A DNA stretch of 62,744 bases, the filler included. It is 5 parts of 5 records of this genome, joined end to end, with 100 filler letters (N's around TTAATTAATTAA, not from the genome) between each part and the next. Parts side by side here need not be neighbours in the genome. Positions count along the whole stretch, not along the records: positions 51,755 to 62,744 come from SRR20825006_1953; 4 more parts are not named here. One strand, given 5' to 3'. Under the pieces are notes generated by a model. That model was not told the origin of the DNA, did not search any database, and was given only the letters and a program-made list of their open reading frames with translations. Each line of letters begins with the position of its first letter. Position 1 is the stretch's first letter. Below, piece by piece: positions 57,992 to 62,744 of the stretch. Both the position numbers and the translations under genes were made by a program.

Positions 57992-58428
57992 GGCTTCACC
58001 TCCACTAGGCAGCTCTCGGCGGTCATATTGTTCATCGCTTTCTGCATCAGATTTACGAAGGTCTCGATTTCGGCGGTGTCCAGTCCGGTCAGCGTCCGAA
58101 ATCCCTCGGTCGCCATCTCGCGGGCGCGCGCCTGCAGGGTGCGGCCCGCATCGGTGACCTCCAGCAGCCAGGCCCGGCGGTCCTGACGGTCGCGGGTGCG
58201 TTGCAAAAGCCCGTTCTGCTCCAGCCGGTCGGCCACTGCGGTCAGGGTAGACGGCAATACCTGAAGGTCCTCGGCCAGCGCGCCCATGCGCTTGGGCTCT
58301 GTCAGATGCATCAGAACCTTGATGTCATGGCGCGACAGATTCACCTGCGCCTCAAACGCCTGAACACGCGCCTCCAGCGCCGCGTTCAGCATGCTGATGC
58401 TCATCGTCAGAAAGATTTCGTTCGGCAT
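57988..58428 (-). CDS. MarR family regulator
   Basis: wHTH with DRQDRRAWLLEVTDAG; first gene of the pump operon. Confidence 0.9.
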   Translation of the reverse strand: MPNEIFLTMSISMLNAALEARVQAFEAQVNLSRHDIKVLMHLTEPKRMGALAEDLQVLPSTLTAVADRLEQNGLLQRTRDRQDRRAWLLEVTDAGRTLQARAREMATEGFRTLTGLDTAEIETFVNLMQKAMNNMTAESCLVEVKP

Positions 58429-58478
58429 TTCGGCATTCCGTGTGCGCAAATAAGGCGGCCCATGTGGCCATCGCGAGC

Positions 58479-58499
58479 AGCGAATTTAGTTCGCTAAAT
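58479..58499. promoter_or_regulatory. Candidate MarR operator
   Basis: Overlapping dyads AGCGAA-N5-TTCGCT and ATTTAG-N4-CTAAAT in the AT-rich region upstream of marR. Confidence 0.4.
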
Positions 58500-58585
58500 G
58501 AAACATTATTTTTGACAAGTAAATACCAGGACCCGCCGACACCGCAAAAGTGATGCCGACGGGCCAGTTTTTCAGCAGATGCCTG

Positions 58586-59152
58586 TTATCCGCGCAGCGC
58601 GTGGTGCAGGATCACCGGCACGGCCAGTTCCTCCTCATCGCCCAGATGGCGGTCAAGGAATGCGCGGATCGCACGGGTCTGGGTCTCCAGAATCCCCGCC
58701 TCCTCGCGGGCGGCAGCCGCGTCCAGCTGCACCAGCTTGATCACCCGGCTGCCGGTGCGCGAGAAATTCTCCAGCACCTGATCCAACGCCGCGTGATCCT
58801 TTTCGAGGATCTCCAACCCGACATCAAAACGCGGGTCCGCCGCCGACAGTTCGGGAAAGAATTCGCGGTCCTCGAAATGGTGATGCCCGTGCAGATTGCG
58901 CACCAGCGCCGTGCCATAGCGGCCCAGATGGTCGGCAAACCCGTCGGGATCGACGCTGCGATCCAGAAAGCCGGTGGTCTGCGCGTGCAGGTGGTCCGAC
59001 AGCACCCGGAACTTCTCATGCGCGCGCATCCACTGGCGTGTGGACTTGGCGAAATGCGGATTGGCCGCCCACGCGTCACGGGGATAATCGTGCAGCAACG
59101 CAGTCATCTCGGCGGGCATATCGGTTGTACGGATGGGGATGAGATCGGTCAT
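58586..59152 (-). CDS. Hemerythrin-like (HHE) domain protein
   Basis: H..FR, HHHFED, LEKDH and HLGDEE motifs; AGGAG RBS. Confidence 0.85.
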   Translation of the reverse strand: MTDLIPIRTTDMPAEMTALLHDYPRDAWAANPHFAKSTRQWMRAHEKFRVLSDHLHAQTTGFLDRSVDPDGFADHLGRYGTALVRNLHGHHHFEDREFFPELSAADPRFDVGLEILEKDHAALDQVLENFSRTGSRVIKLVQLDAAAAREEAGILETQTRAIRAFLDRHLGDEEELAVPVILHHALRG

Positions 59153-59380
59153 GGCGGTCTCCTTTCCCGACATCAGATGGGCAGGGGGCAGGTGGTTTTG
59201 ACCTGCACAGAAACGCACACAGACCGTGCACTGCGCGCACTCATGTGCGCGCCGACTGCGGCCTTCAGGACACGGAAACAGTCTGTCGCGCCGGAAACGA
59301 CCCTACAGGCGTTTTCAGGGGCGGCGGCTTTGCCGTAGAGGATAAGGCAGCCGTGGGGGCACAGATAACGGGACGACACC

Positions 59381-60289
59381 ATGTTCAAACACGCAGCTGC
59401 GGCGCTGATCGCGCTGTTGCCCCTTGGCGCCCATGCGCAGGACCTGACGCGGCTGGGCTACGGCTATCTGCTGACCAATGACTTTATCGGCGACGGCCAG
59501 GACCGCTGGCACACAGGCTCGATTGCCTCCTCGCGTGTCTGGGGCCGGGACTGGAACGGCGCGCTGCCCGCAGGCTTTGGCGATCTGATCGAACTGCGTC
59601 TGGGCGCCGAAATCATCGCCCCCGACAATCTCGAAGCCCCCGATCCCGCAGACCGCCCCTATGCCGGTGCGCTGTCGGTGGGCCTGCACAGCCACTTCCA
59701 GACACGCGGCCTTGACCTCAGCCTCGGCGGGGATCTGGTCTTTGTCGGCCCCTCCACGGGCCTCGACGGGTTCCACAACGCCCTGCACAGCGCCGTGGGC
59801 GGCCCCGACATCTCGGACGCCGCGCGCGACGGCCAGATCGGCAACGGCATCCATCCCACCGTGGTGGTCGAGGCAGCGCGCAGCTTTGCGGTTGGCGACA
59901 GCGTCCTGCGCCCCTTTGTCGAAGGACGCGCCGGTGCCGAAACGCTGGTGCGCGCGGGCTTTGACATGCGCTGGGGCGGGCTGGAACAGGGGGCGCTTCT
60001 GGTGCGTGATCCGGTCAGCGGCCAGCAATACCGCGCCATCAACGGCGACGCGACGGGCCTCGGCTTTGTGCTGGGGGCGGACGTGGCCCATGTGGCCGAC
60101 AGCGTGTTTCTGCCCGAAGACCGCGGCTATGACCTGCGCGACACCCGCGTGCGCGCCCGCGCCGGTGTGGAATGGCGCAACGAAAACGGCGGCGGCGTGT
60201 TCTACGGCCTCAGCTATCTGGGCGAAGAGTTCGAAGGGCAGGGCGAAGGCCAGCTTGTCGGCAGTTTTCGCGCGCACTTCCGGTTCTGA
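59381..60289 (+). CDS. Lipid A deacylase LpxR family outer-membrane beta-barrel (DUF2219)
   Basis: Signal peptide; ND..DRWHTG; DRPYAG; EEFEGQ; C-terminal Phe. Confidence 0.85.
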   Translation: MFKHAAAALIALLPLGAHAQDLTRLGYGYLLTNDFIGDGQDRWHTGSIASSRVWGRDWNGALPAGFGDLIELRLGAEIIAPDNLEAPDPADRPYAGALSVGLHSHFQTRGLDLSLGGDLVFVGPSTGLDGFHNALHSAVGGPDISDAARDGQIGNGIHPTVVVEAARSFAVGDSVLRPFVEGRAGAETLVRAGFDMRWGGLEQGALLVRDPVSGQQYRAINGDATGLGFVLGADVAHVADSVFLPEDRGYDLRDTRVRARAGVEWRNENGGGVFYGLSYLGEEFEGQGEGQLVGSFRAHFRF

Positions 60290-60401
60290 ATTAGGTTGAT
60301 CCTGCAACAGTCTGCAACTCAACAAAAATAAACCCTATGCGCGGCGAATCAGTTTTGATAGCCTGACCTCAATAAAAAACGATGAGGCAGGCAAGCAGGC
60401 A

Positions 60402-61466
60402 ATGGGAACGGGCTTTCGTGGCACGTTTGTCATCTCCTGGTCGCAAACAGAAATAGACGGTCTTGAGGCCGCTCCGATGCAGTCCCTCAACGTAGGGGCG
60501 GCGTGGTCATGGTATGGCGATCCCGTGCGCGTGGATGGGCCGTCGGATATTTTGCGACTGGACGGTGCAGACGGTTCAGAGAATCTGCGCAAGCGGGCGG
60601 CACGTATGGTGCATCGCCTTGTGGGCGCAGCTTTGGATTACACTCCGGCAGACAAGGTCGCGTGGGACGATGCCGCGCCGCTTCTGGACAGCAGCTTTGT
60701 TGTCACGGATGGCGCCCGCACGTTCACCGTCACGCTGATCGAAGTGGGACGCGGGGCGCAGCCCTTGCTGATGTTCCTCAACGACATTCCCCCGCGCAAC
60801 TCTGACCTGTGGGTGGTGCACCACACGCTGGGCGCCAACCGCGGCAACCCCACGGGACGCGACGCGGGCGGGGTGATCTGCTTTACCCCCGGCACGCGCA
60901 TCAGAACACCCGACGGCCCGCGCCTGATCGAAGACCTGCGCGAAGGCGATCTGGTCCAGACCAAGGACAGCGGCGCGCAGCCCATCGAATGGGTCGGCAG
61001 CCGCCCGATGACCGGCGCACGCCTGTTTGCAATGCCGCACATGCGGCCCGTCCGCATCCGCGCGGGCGCGCTGGGCGTCGATCGCCCGGACGATTCCCTG
61101 CTGGTCTCGCCCGAGCACCGGATGCTGGTGCAGGGCGACGTGGCACAGGCGCTGTTCAACACCCCCGAAGTTCTGGTCGCCGCCAAGGACCTGATCAACG
61201 GGCGCACGATCACCGTGGATTTGCAGGTGCCGCAAACCACCTACGTGCACCTGATGCTGCCCAGCCACGAAATCCTGTGGGCCAACGGGGTTGAGACCGA
61301 AAGCTTTCACCCCGCCAGTACGGCCCTGACCACGCTGGCCTCGGATGACCGCGCCCGGCTGCTGGAACGGTTCCCCGATCTGGACTACGACCCGCACATC
61401 TACGGCCGCTTTGCGCGGCGCAACCTGTCCGCCTCGGAAGCGGCGATCTTGCGGCACGCGGCGTAG
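60402..61466 (+). CDS. Hint-domain (bacterial intein-like) protein
   Basis: CFTPGTRIRT (Cys160), LREGDLV, VSPEH and HEILWANGVETES motifs. Confidence 0.88.
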   Translation: MGTGFRGTFVISWSQTEIDGLEAAPMQSLNVGAAWSWYGDPVRVDGPSDILRLDGADGSENLRKRAARMVHRLVGAALDYTPADKVAWDDAAPLLDSSFVVTDGARTFTVTLIEVGRGAQPLLMFLNDIPPRNSDLWVVHHTLGANRGNPTGRDAGGVICFTPGTRIRTPDGPRLIEDLREGDLVQTKDSGAQPIEWVGSRPMTGARLFAMPHMRPVRIRAGALGVDRPDDSLLVSPEHRMLVQGDVAQALFNTPEVLVAAKDLINGRTITVDLQVPQTTYVHLMLPSHEILWANGVETESFHPASTALTTLASDDRARLLERFPDLDYDPHIYGRFARRNLSASEAAILRHAA

Positions 61467-61468
61467 AC

Positions 61469-61516
61469 GGGGGCGCTGCCCCCTGTCCCCCCGGGATATT
61501 TACCGGCCAAAAGAAG
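61469..61516. repeat. REP-like miniature intergenic element
   Basis: GGGGGCGCTGCCCCC hairpin followed by CCCCGGGATATTT..GGCCAAAAGAAG between convergent genes. Resembles a Rhodobacteraceae repeat from recall only; single copy here. Confidence 0.45.
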
Positions 61517-61519
61517 AGC

Positions 61520-61948
61520 TCAGGAAAAGCCGGGGGTGGCCTGTCCGATCCTGCGGTGCGCTGCGTCCGGCAGGTCGAGAAACGCCACAACTTCGTCCAA
61601 TGTGCGAAAGGTGGCAGTGCGGATCAGGGGATTGTCGCCCAGCAGCGTCATGAACATGCGCCCCATGCCAAATCCCAGATCATCCGGCGCCAGCAGCGCA
61701 AGCCGCAGCGGAATCCCGATTTCCTGACGGTGTGCCTTCATGCTTTCGGCCAGCAGGATCACTTCCGAATGGGTCAACTCGGTCTCCTCGGTGCCGCGAA
61801 AGTCCTGCAAGACATGAAAAGACGGGTCGTAATCGGGTGCATTGTGCACAAGGTCCCGCGTGGCGAAAATCTCGCACCGCAAGAGGCTGCCCCAGTATCG
61901 CTGCCAGATCAGACGATATTCGGGCAGAATGAGACTTTCTGTCGGCAC
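61520..61948 (-). CDS. Hypothetical protein, possibly SpoIIAA/STAS-like
   Basis: LQDFRG..RLALLAPDDLGFGMGRMF..FRTLDEVVAFL pattern. Confidence 0.55.
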   Translation of the reverse strand: MPTESLILPEYRLIWQRYWGSLLRCEIFATRDLVHNAPDYDPSFHVLQDFRGTEETELTHSEVILLAESMKAHRQEIGIPLRLALLAPDDLGFGMGRMFMTLLGDNPLIRTATFRTLDEVVAFLDLPDAAHRRIGQATPGFS

Positions 61949-62072
61949 GATCGATCACTCGTCACAAGAAACGCAATGGTATACCGACACCATAAGTTGT
62001 ATTTGTGACCTGCCGTCAAGCCGCGTCGCCCGTTACCTTACGGCGCGCATGCGACTGCCTGTTATCTTTGCT

Positions 62073-62645
62073 TCAACCGCCCGGCGCAGCCTGTCCGGTC
62101 AGTTCGGAAATGATCGCCTTGGCGCTGTCCGAATCCCATTCCGCATCGCCGCGCAAACGGGCGACTTCGCGGCCTTCGGGATCGATGATCACGGTGATCG
62201 GCAGGCCGAAAATGCCCATCTGGCTGGCCACCGCCTGTTTGGGGTCCTGATGGCGCGGCAGGTTCTCCACGTTGATCTCGTCAAAGAACTTCTTGATGCC
62301 CTCGGGCGAATTGCGCCCCGCCGCCAGCGTCAGCACCTCGAAGTCATCGCCGCCGAATTCGTTTTGCAACTCGGACAGCATCGGCATTTCCTTGCGGCAG
62401 GGCGCGCACCACGTGGCCCAGAAGTTCAGCAAGACCCATTTGCCGCGATAATCCTCCAGCGTCGCCTCGCCGCCGCCGTCTTCCAGCTGGAAGGCCGCCG
62501 AAGAGGTGGCCTGGGGCGAATCATGAAACACCAGCTTTTTCATCGACCCGTCGCGCAAGGCCGCTGCGGCCTGAACATCGGCCATGGCAGTATTTGCACC
62601 CAAGGCAAGGGCCGTATACACCAGCGCAGCACAGAGTTTCTTCAT
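62073..62645 (-). CDS. tlpA: TlpA-family thiol:disulfide interchange protein
   Basis: LNFWATWCAPCRKEMP and GLPIT motifs; N-terminal signal/anchor. Confidence 0.88.
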   Translation of the reverse strand: MKKLCAALVYTALALGANTAMADVQAAAALRDGSMKKLVFHDSPQATSSAAFQLEDGGGEATLEDYRGKWVLLNFWATWCAPCRKEMPMLSELQNEFGGDDFEVLTLAAGRNSPEGIKKFFDEINVENLPRHQDPKQAVASQMGIFGLPITVIIDPEGREVARLRGDAEWDSDSAKAIISELTGQAAPGG

Positions 62646-62667
62646 ATTCCCTCCAAAGGTCCAAACC

Positions 62668-62744
62668 ATGACAGACAAGACTGCAAACACCATGTGGGGC
62701 GGCCGCTTTGCCGCCGGACCGGACGCGATCATGGAGGCGATCAA
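62668..62744 (+). CDS. argH: Argininosuccinate lyase, N-terminal fragment
   Basis: Manual translation MTDKTANTMWGGRFAAGPDAIMEAI; divergent from tlpA as in alphaproteobacteria. Confidence 0.9.
   Translation, partial: MTDKTANTMWGGRFAAGPDAIMEAI

Overview
This window is not one locus. It is five unrelated contigs joined by artificial 100-bp linkers (44 N + TTAATTAATTAA + 44 N) at 20324-20423, 30160-30259, 43967-44066 and 51655-51754. By gene order and style (inference, no search run), contigs 1 (1-20323) and 3 (30260-43966) look gammaproteobacterial (Alcanivorax-like), contig 2 (20424-30159) looks Thalassospira/Rhodospirillales-like, contig 4 (44067-51654) Hyphomonas-like, and contig 5 (51755-62744) Roseobacter-group-like. 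That suggests a marine consortium or metagenome. Content is mostly housekeeping and accessory metabolism: metY, nnrS, rsmD with an M16 peptidase pair and partial ftsY, dctBD with dctP behind a complete sigma54/IHF/DctD promoter, ibpA behind a sigma32 promoter, pyrC, msrA, gluQ, an alkaline phosphatase, a two-adaptor RND pump, a Hint-domain protein, tlpA/argH and two partial tRNA-Ser genes. No CRISPR array, integrase or transposase was seen. The leads most worth following are: (1) a protein with signal peptide, periplasmic helical region, about 6 TM helices, STAND-like ATPase and winged helix, translationally coupled to a short MscS channel (10264-13795); (2) an alpha/beta-hydrolase gene bracketed by degenerate direct repeats like a gene cassette (51775-52765); (3) an FMO-BASS-SDR-SDR-TauE catabolic operon of unknown substrate; (4) inverted-repeat elements built from heptamers at two contig ends; (5) a secreted glycine-rich protein overlapping a prolyl-hydroxylase-like gene.
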